A stretch of 25,176 nt of DNA from NCBI GenBank assembly GCA_964550965.1, contig CAZKCB010000002.1, positions 1 to 25,176 of the forward strand, read 5' to 3'. The notes under the pieces are model-generated. The model ran no database searches and was not told the DNA's origin. It was given only the letters and a program-made list of their open reading frames with translations. Shown here one piece after another: positions 15,899 to 25,021 of this stretch (positions are counted from its first letter, which is position 1; each line of letters starts with the position of its first letter). The stretch is from an uncultured Oscillospiraceae bacterium. GTDB taxonomy: Bacteria; Bacillota; Clostridia; Peptostreptococcales; Anaerovoracaceae. Both the position numbers and the translations under genes were made by a program.

Positions 15899-16522
15899 AT
15901 GGAAATTATAATCAAGCCGCTCACGGCGGAGCTTACCGCAGATTACTTCGACTTCCTTGATAAACGCGCATTTACCGATAATTCTCCGTGGGGTGGGTGT
16001 TATTGTACCGGTTGGCAGATGACAAAGGCAGAAGAAAAAATCCAATTACTCGACCAAATGGAAGAAGGCTTTGCATATGGCGACAAAAACTTTATACGCG
16101 TACTTCGTGAAATCGGCACGCGACAAATCAAAGCGAAAGCTTTACGGGGATATTTAGCATATGTTGATGGCGTGTCGATCGGTTGGTGCAACGCGAACGA
16201 TAAAGCCAGTTTCCCGGCCGAATCTGCGAACGGATTTCGGCTGTATGCTCCCGCCGAAAAGCGGGAAAAAGCGGTCGTTTGCTTTGAAATCGCTCCAGAG
16301 TATCGAGGGAAAGGCGTTGCCACCGCTTTGCTGAACAGAGTAGTGAGCGATGCAAAAGCCGAAGGGTATGTTGCCATAGAAGGTTTTCCTCAAGTGCACG
16401 ACGAAAGGTTCGAATGGGACTATACCGGACCTGTTTCCTTGTATGAGAAAGTGGGATTTACTGCAATGACTAAGCTAGACGGCAGCATTATTATGAGAAA
16501 AGAATTAAAATCGGATAAGTAA
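15899..16522 (+). CDS. GNAT family acetyltransferase
   Basis: W.GCYC, GYLAY.DG..IGWCNA, VCF.IAPEYRGKGVA..LL, IEGFP, YTGP..LYEK.GF. RBS GGAGGG. Confidence 0.88.
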   Translation: MEIIIKPLTAELTADYFDFLDKRAFTDNSPWGGCYCTGWQMTKAEEKIQLLDQMEEGFAYGDKNFIRVLREIGTRQIKAKALRGYLAYVDGVSIGWCNANDKASFPAESANGFRLYAPAEKREKAVVCFEIAPEYRGKGVATALLNRVVSDAKAEGYVAIEGFPQVHDERFEWDYTGPVSLYEKVGFTAMTKLDGSIIMRKELKSDK

Positions 16523-16554
16523 AAATACAATACAAAAGAGAGGTATATGGGAAT

Positions 16555-17250
16555 ATGAAAACGATTGGATTGATTGGCGGAATGAGTTGGGAATCCTCAG
16601 CGGAATACTATCGAATTCTAAATCAACTGGCCAAAAAAGCATTGGGGGATATGCATTCCTGCAAGTGCATCATGTACTCCGTTGAGTTTGGCGAAATTGA
16701 AGCACTGCAACGCAAAGGAGATTGGGAAAAATTAACATCCATAATGCTTGATGTGGCGCAGAAGTTGGAGAAAGCAGGAGCAGAATTTGTAGTGATCTGC
16801 ACCAATACAATGCACCTGATGGCTCCGGAAGTCCAGGCAGGCATAGGGGTTCCGGTGCTGCACATCGCTGATGCCGCTGCAGAAGAGATCAAGAGGCAGG
16901 GATTGAAGAAAGTCGGGCTGTTGGGAACCCGGTTCACCATGGAAAAGGATTTCTAAAAGGGCAGAATAGCAGAGAAACATGGGAAAGAAGTAAACGTTCC
17001 CCGCGAAAAAGAATAAACGACCATAACAAAAGTAAAACAAAAATAATAGTAAAAAAAGTTTGTAAAAACAGAAAAAAAAAATCAGTATAAAGAAGTGATC
17101 CAAAGACTCTTGGATAATGGGGCAGAAGGCATCATTCTCGGATGCACAGAAATCCCGATGCTGATCAAGCAAGCGGATGTCGCTGTACCCATTTTTGACA
17201 CAACAGCCATACACGCAGAATACGCTATGGAATACGCGCTCAAGGAATGA
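16555..17250 (+). pseudogene. Aspartate/glutamate racemase family gene (231-codon frame) with 5 in-frame stops in an A-rich patch
   Basis: MKTIGLIGGMSWESS, ICTNTMH, GLLGTRFTM and, in the same frame, GAEGIILGCTEIP..PIFDTT.IHA. Stops at 16954, 17014, 17044, 17047, 17050. Confidence 0.85.
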
Positions 17251-17266
17251 AAGGAGATTTAGATCA

Positions 17267-17335
17267 ATGGATTGGCACAATCTTAAACTACAAGATAAGA
17301 CTTGTGTCTGCAATATGATCCAAAATCAGTTTTAA
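17267..17335 (+). CDS. Possible 22-aa small ORF or remnant (MDWHNLKLQDKTCVCNMIQNQF)
   Basis: ATG with AAGGAG RBS directly after the racemase stop. No family recognised. Confidence 0.25.
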   Translation: MDWHNLKLQDKTCVCNMIQNQF

Positions 17336-17426
17336 AGATAATGCTATCGAAAAGAGAGGCTGCCTTGCATGAAAATATTATTGATTTATTTGCTATGATA
17401 TAGAAAAAAGAAAAGGAGATTTTAAT

Positions 17427-17582
17427 ATGACTGCTATCTTCCCAATGTTTTTTACAGGAATTTTATACTTTGCATTAATTGGTGTTTCCGTGTATGCGCT
17501 GGTGCTGTTTATTATGCTTGCCAAAAGAGGAATAAAGGCACTAGACATATATATTGCTGAAAAAACGAACAAAATGCTTTAA
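17427..17582 (+). CDS. Small single-pass membrane protein (51 aa), absent from the ORF track
   Basis: AAAGGAG RBS. MTAIFPMFFTGILYFALIGVSVYALVLFIMLAKRGIKALDIYIAEKTNKML: hydrophobic helix plus basic tail. Confidence 0.7.
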   Translation: MTAIFPMFFTGILYFALIGVSVYALVLFIMLAKRGIKALDIYIAEKTNKML

Positions 17583-17605
17583 ATCATTTAAAAAGGAGAG
17601 TTTCA

Positions 17606-18025
17606 ATGAAAGATATAGAGCAAACCATAGGCAATTTGATCGACAAAGTAGATGTTTCTTTTATTGCTTCTGTAGATGGTGAGGGATTTCCAAATATGAA
17701 AGCTATGTTGCCTCCACGAAAAAGAGAAGGAATCAAGTGCATTTATTTTACGACAAATATTTCGTCTATGAGAGTAAGTCAATATAAAGAAAACCCAAAA
17801 GCAAGCGTGTACTTTTGTGATAATCTCTGTTTTAAAGGCGTTATGTTAAAAGGAACTATGGAGGTTCTTGAAGATCAAAATTCAAAAGAAATGATTTGGC
17901 GTAATGGTGATAAAATGTATTATCCATTGGGTGTAACGGATCCGGATTATTGTGTTTTAAAATTTAACGCAGCTGAAGGAAGGCATTATAGCGATTTTAG
18001 ATCGGAAAATTTCGAAGTTTATTGA
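17606..18025 (+). CDS. Pyridoxamine 5'-phosphate oxidase-like flavin-binding protein
   Basis: SVD.EGFPN.KAM, YFTTN.SS.RV.Q...NPKASVYF, YY..GV.DPDYCVLKF. RBS AAGGAG. Confidence 0.88.
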   Translation: MKDIEQTIGNLIDKVDVSFIASVDGEGFPNMKAMLPPRKREGIKCIYFTTNISSMRVSQYKENPKASVYFCDNLCFKGVMLKGTMEVLEDQNSKEMIWRNGDKMYYPLGVTDPDYCVLKFNAAEGRHYSDFRSENFEVY

Positions 18026-18067
18026 TGGTACTAAACTAAGTTGGTTTGTTTAGTGAAAGGTATAAGT

Positions 18068-18604
18068 ATGTCAATTATAAACACTGAAAGATTGATATTG
18101 CGCCCCTTGAAAATCAGCGATTCGGATGATGTTTTTGATTATTCCTGCACAGCAAATGTCGGACCGAATGCAGGGTGGAAGCCGCATGAGAGCAAAGAAG
18201 AAACACTTGAAATAATGAACGCTATTTTTTTGAATCAGGAAACAGTATGGGGAATCGAGCAAAAAGAAAGCGGACGAATCATTGGTTCGATAGGCGTGAT
18301 CGACGACCCTAAAAGAGAATATGATATGGTGAAAATGATCGGATACGCAATAGGTGAAGCTTATTGGGGCAAAGGGTTTATGACAGAGGCTGCCCGTGAG
18401 GTGATTAAATTTTGCTTTGAGGAATTACATTTGGCAGCAATTTCAGCGTATTGTTTTCCTTTTAATGAACGCTCAAAGAATATTATTAAGAAGTTTAATT
18501 TTGAATATGAGGGATGTTTGAAAATGGCGGAAAAGATATTTGATGGCAATGTTTATGACAACGAGTGTTATTTGTTGACGGAGCAAAGATATTATTCCAA
18601 ATGA
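18068..18604 (+). CDS. RimJ/RimL-type GNAT acetyltransferase
   Basis: TERLILRP, GP.AGW.PH, IGYA....YWGKGFMTEA, N.RS..II.K..F.YEG. Confidence 0.88.
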   Translation: MSIINTERLILRPLKISDSDDVFDYSCTANVGPNAGWKPHESKEETLEIMNAIFLNQETVWGIEQKESGRIIGSIGVIDDPKREYDMVKMIGYAIGEAYWGKGFMTEAAREVIKFCFEELHLAAISAYCFPFNERSKNIIKKFNFEYEGCLKMAEKIFDGNVYDNECYLLTEQRYYSK

Positions 18605-18645
18605 ACGTGATCACTAATTATTTTGTTTGAAAAGAGAGGTAAATT

Positions 18646-19113
18646 ATGAAATTTATAAGCCCGCTGATCGCTGTTTCCGACATGGAAAAGTCAAAGCGCT
18701 TTTACTATGATGTGCTTAGTTTGGAAGTCATAGCTGATTTTGGTGCAAATGTAATTTTGACAGGCGGACTATCCTTGCAGACCAAGGATAGCTGGTGTGT
18801 TTTTATTCGAAAAGAAGACAGCGAAATCGTTTTTGGAGGAAACACCGGGGAACTATATTTTGAAGAAGATGATTTGGATGCTTTCATTCAAAAGCTGGAG
18901 CAGATGAAAGAAATACAGTATATCCATCCTGCGGTAGAACATTCCTGGGGACAGAGGGCTGTTCGCTTTTATGACCCGGACAAGCACATTATTGAAGTCG
19001 GAGAACCTATAATTATGGTGGTCAGACGATTCTTGAATAGTGGGTTGTCCGTGGAAGAAACAGCTGCTCGAATGGATGTACCGGTCGATTATATAAAATC
19101 CTGTTTAGAATAG
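18646..19113 (+). CDS. Glyoxalase / bleomycin-resistance (VOC) family protein
   Basis: LIAVSDMEKSKRFY..VL, ELYFE, EHSWGQRAVRFYDPD.HIIEVGE. RBS GAGGT. Confidence 0.88.
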   Translation: MKFISPLIAVSDMEKSKRFYYDVLSLEVIADFGANVILTGGLSLQTKDSWCVFIRKEDSEIVFGGNTGELYFEEDDLDAFIQKLEQMKEIQYIHPAVEHSWGQRAVRFYDPDKHIIEVGEPIIMVVRRFLNSGLSVEETAARMDVPVDYIKSCLE

Positions 19114-19213
19114 CTTTCGAATAAAATTTAAAAATTGTTTTGCTTTCTATTTTTAAGCATGATATTTTGGCGATAACAAACCAATTCTGCTTTGCCAAGA
19201 AAGGAAAACAAAA

Positions 19214-19669
19214 ATGAAAATCAAGATCGAAAGCATACGACCCTATCAAATTGCTTATATAAGGAAAGTTGGGCCTTACGGAACCGATAATATCAAAACC
19301 ATGGAGCGATTAAAAACCTGGGCGAAGTCAAATGATTTATTCAATGATGAATCCATACTCTTAGGCATTGCTCATGATGATCCGCAAACCACAAAACCTG
19401 AGGCGTGTCGTTATGATACTTGTTTTGTTGTTCCCGAAGGATGTTTCGTAAATGATGATGATATAAGCCACGGCAATTTGGAAGGTGGAAGATACGCTGT
19501 CTTTGAAGTAAACCACACCGCAGAAGCCGTTGAAAAAGCATGGATTGAAATTTTTCCAGCATTAACAAAAAAAGGACATCGCTTCGATGAAGCAAGACCG
19601 ATCCTTGAAAGGTATAAAGTCAAACTGATTAAAAAGCATTTTTGTGAAATTTGTGTACCTATACATTGA
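19214..19669 (+). CDS. GyrI-like small-molecule-binding protein
   Basis: IAY.R.VGPYG, GIAHDDP..T.PE.CRYD.C, GGRYAVF..H, P.LERY. Confidence 0.88.
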   Translation: MKIKIESIRPYQIAYIRKVGPYGTDNIKTMERLKTWAKSNDLFNDESILLGIAHDDPQTTKPEACRYDTCFVVPEGCFVNDDDISHGNLEGGRYAVFEVNHTAEAVEKAWIEIFPALTKKGHRFDEARPILERYKVKLIKKHFCEICVPIH

Positions 19670-19697
19670 GTTGGACTGGGAAAGTTTAGAGGGTTAT

Positions 19698-20657
19698 ATG
19701 AAAAAACAATTGATTGCCATTCTTATACTTTTGCTTCTCCTTACTTTTCCGGGATGCGGAAATGCAAAAAATTCTGAGGCTTCGGGAGATGACAAGGTAC
19801 TTTTGCAAACCATTGATCACCTTTCAAAAATAAACAGCTATGAAATAAGAACAAGCAGGGTCGAATCTACGGCCTTTGGTGATAAGAAAGTCATGTCTCA
19901 AATAATCACAGAGCAGAAGATCATATTTGCACCCTTTGTAATCTGGAGCAGAACCGATTCAACATCTGCACAAATGCTTGATGGAACAAAATACAGATCG
20001 TTGAGAGAAACGTATCAAGTATTGAATGATGATCAGCTTGATATGTACATGCGATATAGTCCTGATCAAAACCCTGCGACTGGAAAAGAACCTGTCTTAG
20101 GTGAATGGCAGGAAATCTCTACCGCGAAAAAGGAACAGGCCGATTGGGCGGTTGATAATATGAGGAGCAATTTTGCAGCCCAACTTTATTTGTTAAGCTC
20201 AAATATTGACACCTTCGAGATCGTTGAAAATGATGCGATAGAAGATGAAAACATTCTTAGATATGACGGATACCTCGAACAGACAACGATACTCAAAGCA
20301 TACCAAAAGTACATCAGAAATAGTTATGTTAAGGGCGGAATGTTAAAAGACTCAAAAAATCTGTCTCTTGAGGATCTGAAAAATGAAATAACAGGCGGAG
20401 ATATGCTTGAAATCAAAACAGGGATCCCAAAGCTTGCTTATTCTGAAAAGCCAATTTCCGTTTCTTTGTGGATCGATAAAAGCAGCCTCCAATTAGAAAA
20501 AGTAACCGTTGACGAAATGGCCGTGCTGCAATCGTATATGGAAAAAGAAATGCCAAAAGTCGACCCCGAGCTTAAAGACCCGATCGTTTCGAAAGCCTTG
20601 CTCACATATGAAATAAAGAGCATAGATAAATTAAAAGAAATACCCATGCCTGAGTAA
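19698..20657 (+). CDS. Hypothetical lipoprotein
   Basis: ATG 19698 with GAGGG. MKK + hydrophobic stretch + FPGC lipobox; C-terminal LWIDK...QLEK..VD, reminiscent of LolA-like lipoproteins. Confidence 0.78.
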   Translation: MKKQLIAILILLLLLTFPGCGNAKNSEASGDDKVLLQTIDHLSKINSYEIRTSRVESTAFGDKKVMSQIITEQKIIFAPFVIWSRTDSTSAQMLDGTKYRSLRETYQVLNDDQLDMYMRYSPDQNPATGKEPVLGEWQEISTAKKEQADWAVDNMRSNFAAQLYLLSSNIDTFEIVENDAIEDENILRYDGYLEQTTILKAYQKYIRNSYVKGGMLKDSKNLSLEDLKNEITGGDMLEIKTGIPKLAYSEKPISVSLWIDKSSLQLEKVTVDEMAVLQSYMEKEMPKVDPELKDPIVSKALLTYEIKSIDKLKEIPMPE

Positions 20658-20681
20658 TAAAGATTTGAAAGGGAGCATAAC

Positions 20682-21281
20682 TTGCATTCGGATGTTAAGG
20701 AAAAATTGAAAAGAGGAAACAAAATACTCTTTACAAGAGACAGCAGTTGTCTGCAAAAACTGATTCGACTGGTTGAATTGCAAAAACATCGGACTCTTGT
20801 TATGTGGGCTTTTGAATGCGCTGAAATACCCTTGAACCTGTTGGAAGCAAAATATCCAAGCGAGCAAAGACCCAGAATCGCTATCGAATGTGCCAAAGCA
20901 TGGGCAAGAGGAGACCTGAAAATGCCTGCTGCAAAAAAAGCGATCTTGGATGCACATGCCGTTGCCAAAGAAATCGAAGATGAGGTGTACATCGCATTGT
21001 GTCATGCAATAGGCCATGCGGGGGCAACGGTTCATGTTGAAACACACGCTTTGGGCTTGGTCTTCTATGAGTTGAGTGCGATTGTTTTGCTAAACGGAAA
21101 AGAAAATTTCGATTTGGCTGTAAATGAAAAAATAGATTATTATTACGATAGACTTCTTTATTGGCAAAAAAATATCGATACCTTAGATGTTCCATGGTCA
21201 AAATTTTTATTGGATGATACTCGTCCTAACAAAGAAAAATCATTATTAGGCAGATTGGCTAAAGGAGAAGATAAATTATGA
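20682..21281 (+). CDS. Imm5-like (putative immunity) protein
   Basis: TTG start with AAGGGAG. L..WA.ECA....E..YP..RPR.AIE.A.AWA.G, A..A..HA.AT.HV..HA. Confidence 0.75.
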   Translation: MHSDVKEKLKRGNKILFTRDSSCLQKLIRLVELQKHRTLVMWAFECAEIPLNLLEAKYPSEQRPRIAIECAKAWARGDLKMPAAKKAILDAHAVAKEIEDEVYIALCHAIGHAGATVHVETHALGLVFYELSAIVLLNGKENFDLAVNEKIDYYYDRLLYWQKNIDTLDVPWSKFLLDDTRPNKEKSLLGRLAKGEDKL

Positions 21282-21802
21282 TGAGGATCGAATGCGAAGA
21301 TATCATATTAAGACCATGGGAAGCAAAGGATGCCGAAAGATTGGTGGAAATTGCCGACAATAAAAAAATCTATGACAACCTGAGAGATTATTTCCCGCAT
21401 CCATACACTTTGGAAGATGGAAAAAAATATATTGAAAGCTTATCCAATGATGAAAAGGCACTGATTTTTGCGATCGAATATGACGGCGTTTTGGTTGGAA
21501 ACATAGGAGCCTTTTTGCAATCGGATGTATATAGGAAGAATGCAGAAATAGGATATTTTTTAGCAGAAGAATTTTGGGGAAAAGGGATCATGACAAAGGC
21601 CATCAGAGCGATAACGTCCTATGTGTTCGAAAACCATGACATTATAAGGGTCTACGCAGAGCCTTTTGCGAGAAATATCGGATCGAGAAAATCCCTTGAG
21701 AAATCGGGTTTTAGGCATGAGGCAACATTGAAGAAAAGTATCATTAAAAATGGCTTGATAGAAGACAGTTGCATATACTCTATATTAAAAGAAGAATCCT
21801 GA
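21278..21802 (+). CDS. RimJ/RimL-type GNAT acetyltransferase
   Basis: NLRD.FPHPYT..D, AEIGYFLAEEFWGKGIMT.A, N.GSR..LEK.GF..E. Confidence 0.9.
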   Translation: MMRIECEDIILRPWEAKDAERLVEIADNKKIYDNLRDYFPHPYTLEDGKKYIESLSNDEKALIFAIEYDGVLVGNIGAFLQSDVYRKNAEIGYFLAEEFWGKGIMTKAIRAITSYVFENHDIIRVYAEPFARNIGSRKSLEKSGFRHEATLKKSIIKNGLIEDSCIYSILKEES

Positions 21803-21826
21803 GATCTGGGTTTGGAGAAAATCGAA

Positions 21827-22279
21827 ATGAAGAAAATGATTTTAATATTGATTTCACTGACTCTGCTTATTTTTAGTGCTTGCACAAATAAAGAAGTTAT
21901 AAAACATGATTATACTTACACGGGAGAAAGTGAAAATTGGGTCGCTGAATATAAGGTGGATGGCAAGGGAATCTTTACCGAGAAAGACGGCAGGACCGAA
22001 TACGAATGCAATGAAGAGACCAGGTTGACCGTGACCTATAAAAAAGACATAGAAGACCTGTCTACCCTGAAATGCATGAAAATCTCTTATGAAAGCAGCG
22101 CTGGCAGCGGAAGCCTAACTCAAAATCCTGCAGATGGTGATCCCGTGAGTAAAAAGACCTTTACACTTTCCGGCGGGGGTTCAGGTACCGCCATCGAAAA
22201 CAAAGATGAAACCATTAAAGTGACGATAGATCTTGATGGAAATATCGAAACCCTTGAACTTAAAAATGAGAACCTTTGA
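21827..22279 (+). CDS. Hypothetical lipoprotein
   Basis: MKKMILILISLTLLIFSAC lipobox; GES.NW motif. ATG 21827 with GGAG. Confidence 0.8.
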   Translation: MKKMILILISLTLLIFSACTNKEVIKHDYTYTGESENWVAEYKVDGKGIFTEKDGRTEYECNEETRLTVTYKKDIEDLSTLKCMKISYESSAGSGSLTQNPADGDPVSKKTFTLSGGGSGTAIENKDETIKVTIDLDGNIETLELKNENL

Positions 22280-22326
22280 TGAGCACTCATAAGTATTGAT
22301 TTCGTTAGCTTATTTAAAATACTCGG

Positions 22327-22356
22327 CTCAGCAGTTATTCTGCTGAGTTTTTTTTT
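22327..22356 (+). terminator. Rho-independent terminator
   Basis: CTCAGCAG-TTATT-CTGCTGAG followed by 9 T. Confidence 0.85.
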
Positions 22357-22511
22357 GCAATTATACGCATAAGACCTTAACTTTTCCGTAAAGAATTTTA
22401 AGCATTTCGTAAAGCACTGAAACACAAAAATTGCTATGCTGAAAAGGAAGAAAGGGCAACAAGAGGAAAATACAAAAGGGATATAATATATAAAAGGAAA
22501 GTGAAGCAAAC

Positions 22512-24269
22512 ATGAATTTCAGGGGAAAAGCAGATCAATCGATCTTACATCAGGAGGAATTAGGATCAAATTCCGCAGGGTATATGCCGGGATTGGACGG
22601 GATGCGTGCTTTGGCGGTATTTGCCGTCATTGCATATCATCTCGACCTGTCTTGGGCACCGGGAGGACTTTTAGGGGTAAGTCTGTTTTTCGTGCTGTCA
22701 GGGTATTTGATCACCAATATCCTGTTGACACAATGGAAGCACTCGGGATCGATCGATTTGAAAGAATTCTGGCTGCGCCGGATCCGGCGTCTGTTTCCGG
22801 CTCTTTTTACGATGCTGGCAGCTGTAATGCTTTGGGCCTTGTTTTTTGCGCCGGAACGCCTGGAAGCCTTAAAGCAGGAAGCGGCAGCTACGATTGTTTA
22901 TATCAGCAACTGGTATCTGATCTTACATCAAGTATCCTATTTTGAAAGCTTCGGTCCGGCATCTCCGCTGGGTCATCTTTGGTCTTTGGCAGTAGAAGAA
23001 CAATTTTATCTTGTTTGGCCGCTTCTTTTGGGATTGGGGCTTCGATATCTTCCACAGCGAAAATGGATCATCAGGGGGACGGTTGCTGTTGCGTTGATTT
23101 CGGCGGCGGCGATGGCACTGATCTATATCCCCGGTCATGATCCAAGCCGGGTATATTATGGAACGGATACACGTGCATTCACTTTGCTTATCGGCGCTTT
23201 TCTGGCGATGGTATGGCCCGGCGGCAAATTTTCTATTGATCTTTCCGGCAAAAAGAGAATGCTGCTTGATGCAGTAGGAATCATGGGACTATTGGTCGTG
23301 CTTATTATGATAGGCAAAAGCAGTCAATACCAACCTTTTCTCTACCAAGGGGGACTCTTGCTTTTCTCTGTTGCCGCTGCTTGCCTCGTGGCTGCTTTGG
23401 TTCACCCCGCAAGCCGCCTTGGAAGGGTATTCGGATGGAGGTCATTGCGCTGGTTAGGGCAATGTTCTTATGGGATATACTTGTGGCATTATCCGGTCAT
23501 TGTGCTGACAAGCCATGCTGTGAATACAGAAGGTCCTTCTTTTTTACGCGCACTCTGCCAGATTGCAGCAAGCATTATTTTAGCTGCGCTGTCTCGTTAT
23601 CTGATCGAGGAACCGATCCGCTATGGACGGTGGAAACGAGTTTGGAAGCGAAAGCCATTTGCTGTTGGCATCAGGATTTCAGTCAGTTTATTGCTGATAT
23701 TTGGGATTTTGTTTGCGCTGCCCTATGAAAGCACAGAGATCTTAGCAAAAGATCTGGTCAAGAGTCAGGTTGCACAAAAAAAGATCGAGCCGGATGGGGA
23801 TGAAATTACAGCGATCGGGGATTCCCTGATGATCGATATACAAGCGGTTTTGGAAAAAAGTCTGCCGGGCATAGTCATAGATGGCAAAATCGGCAGGCAG
23901 ATGTATCAGGCTCCCGATGTCATTTCCGGTCTCCAAAAGGAAGGCAAACTCGGGGAAATCGTCATTGTTGAATTGGGAACAAACGGTTCGTTTACGGAAA
24001 AACAGCTGACAAAGACTCTGGATTCGCTGAAAGAGTGCGAGAAGGTCATTCTCGTGAATACGCGTGTTCCAAAACCTTGGGAATCGGCGGTGAATGAAAT
24101 GCTGACAGAAGTCTCGGAGTCTTACTCGAACACAACGCTCATAGACTGGTATGCGGCGAGCAAAGATCATGAAGATTATTTTTATCCGGACGGTGTTCAT
24201 CTGAATCAGGCGGGGGCGGAAGCTTACGGTGAAATAATCATCGAAGCCTTGGGGAACGACGAGCAATAA
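22512..24269 (+). CDS. oatA: OatA/YrhL-like O-acetyltransferase (AT3 membrane domain + SGNH domain)
   Basis: GLDG.RA.AV, GV..FFVLSGYLIT, HLWSLAVEEQFY, SYG.YLWHYP; C-terminal IGDS, LGTNG, DGVH catalytic motifs. Confidence 0.88.
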   Translation: MNFRGKADQSILHQEELGSNSAGYMPGLDGMRALAVFAVIAYHLDLSWAPGGLLGVSLFFVLSGYLITNILLTQWKHSGSIDLKEFWLRRIRRLFPALFTMLAAVMLWALFFAPERLEALKQEAAATIVYISNWYLILHQVSYFESFGPASPLGHLWSLAVEEQFYLVWPLLLGLGLRYLPQRKWIIRGTVAVALISAAAMALIYIPGHDPSRVYYGTDTRAFTLLIGAFLAMVWPGGKFSIDLSGKKRMLLDAVGIMGLLVVLIMIGKSSQYQPFLYQGGLLLFSVAAACLVAALVHPASRLGRVFGWRSLRWLGQCSYGIYLWHYPVIVLTSHAVNTEGPSFLRALCQIAASIILAALSRYLIEEPIRYGRWKRVWKRKPFAVGIRISVSLLLIFGILFALPYESTEILAKDLVKSQVAQKKIEPDGDEITAIGDSLMIDIQAVLEKSLPGIVIDGKIGRQMYQAPDVISGLQKEGKLGEIVIVELGTNGSFTEKQLTKTLDSLKECEKVILVNTRVPKPWESAVNEMLTEVSESYSNTTLIDWYAASKDHEDYFYPDGVHLNQAGAEAYGEIIIEALGNDEQ

Positions 24270-24272
24270 TCG

Positions 24273-24281
24273 TGATATAAT
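24273..24281 (+). promoter_or_regulatory. Extended -10 element upstream of the response regulator
   Basis: TG-A-TATAAT, 26 nt before the ATG at 24308. Confidence 0.45.
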
Positions 24282-24307
24282 AGTAAAAAAATCAAAAGGA
24301 TGAAAAC

Positions 24308-25021
24308 ATGCAGTATAACAAGATAAAAGTATTGGTTGTTGAAGACGAAGCTTCTATCAGGCGTTTTATCACGCTCAATCTGGAAATGGCCGGGTATGAA
24401 GTCGGAGAAGCGGAGAGCGGTGAGGATGCACTGGCTCTGCTTTCGACGTTCCTGCCGGATTTAATTGTCTTGGATCTGATGCTGCCGGGTATAGACGGCT
24501 TAGAAGTCTGTCGGTACATTTCTGAAACCGCACCAAAGCCGCTCATCATCATGCTGACGGCCAAGGGACAGGATTCAGATAAAATCATGGGGCTTGAACT
24601 CGGGGCGGATGATTATATGGTGAAGCCCTTCAATCCCTTTGAACTGATTGCCAGAATCAAAGCGATGCTGAGACGGAGAAACCGTTTTGAGACCGAGAGA
24701 ACGGCCTACAGTTACGGTGACCTGCATCTTGATATTGCGGCCAATAAACTGCTGAAAGACGGCACGGAAGTTGAACTCACGCCTACGGAATATTCTTTAT
24801 TGAAACTGTTTATGGAAAATCCGGGCAAAGCATTGAAAAGAGATGAGATGCTCGACTCTGTCTGGGGAACGGATTATTTTGGGGATACGAAAACCTTAGA
24901 TGTCCATATCAGGCGTCTCAGAGAAAAAATCGAAGATAACCCATCTCAACCGCAGCATATCAAAACCGTTTGGGGCTCCGGCTATCGCTGGCAGCCGGAA
25001 GCAGACCGGAGGCTTCCATGA
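24308..25021 (+). CDS. OmpR/PhoB-family response regulator
   Basis: VEDE, DL.VLDLMLP..DG, LTAK, GADDY..KPF; wHTH ELTPTEY.LL, DVHIRRLREKIE, TVWG.GYR. Confidence 0.93.
   Translation: MQYNKIKVLVVEDEASIRRFITLNLEMAGYEVGEAESGEDALALLSTFLPDLIVLDLMLPGIDGLEVCRYISETAPKPLIIMLTAKGQDSDKIMGLELGADDYMVKPFNPFELIARIKAMLRRRNRFETERTAYSYGDLHLDIAANKLLKDGTEVELTPTEYSLLKLFMENPGKALKRDEMLDSVWGTDYFGDTKTLDVHIRRLREKIEDNPSQPQHIKTVWGSGYRWQPEADRRLP

Noticed and set aside
16954-17085. DGR template repeat (A-rich copy of a coding segment)
   Set aside because: The patch lies in place inside the gene, no second copy differing only at A positions is visible, no RT is present, and some changes are not to A.
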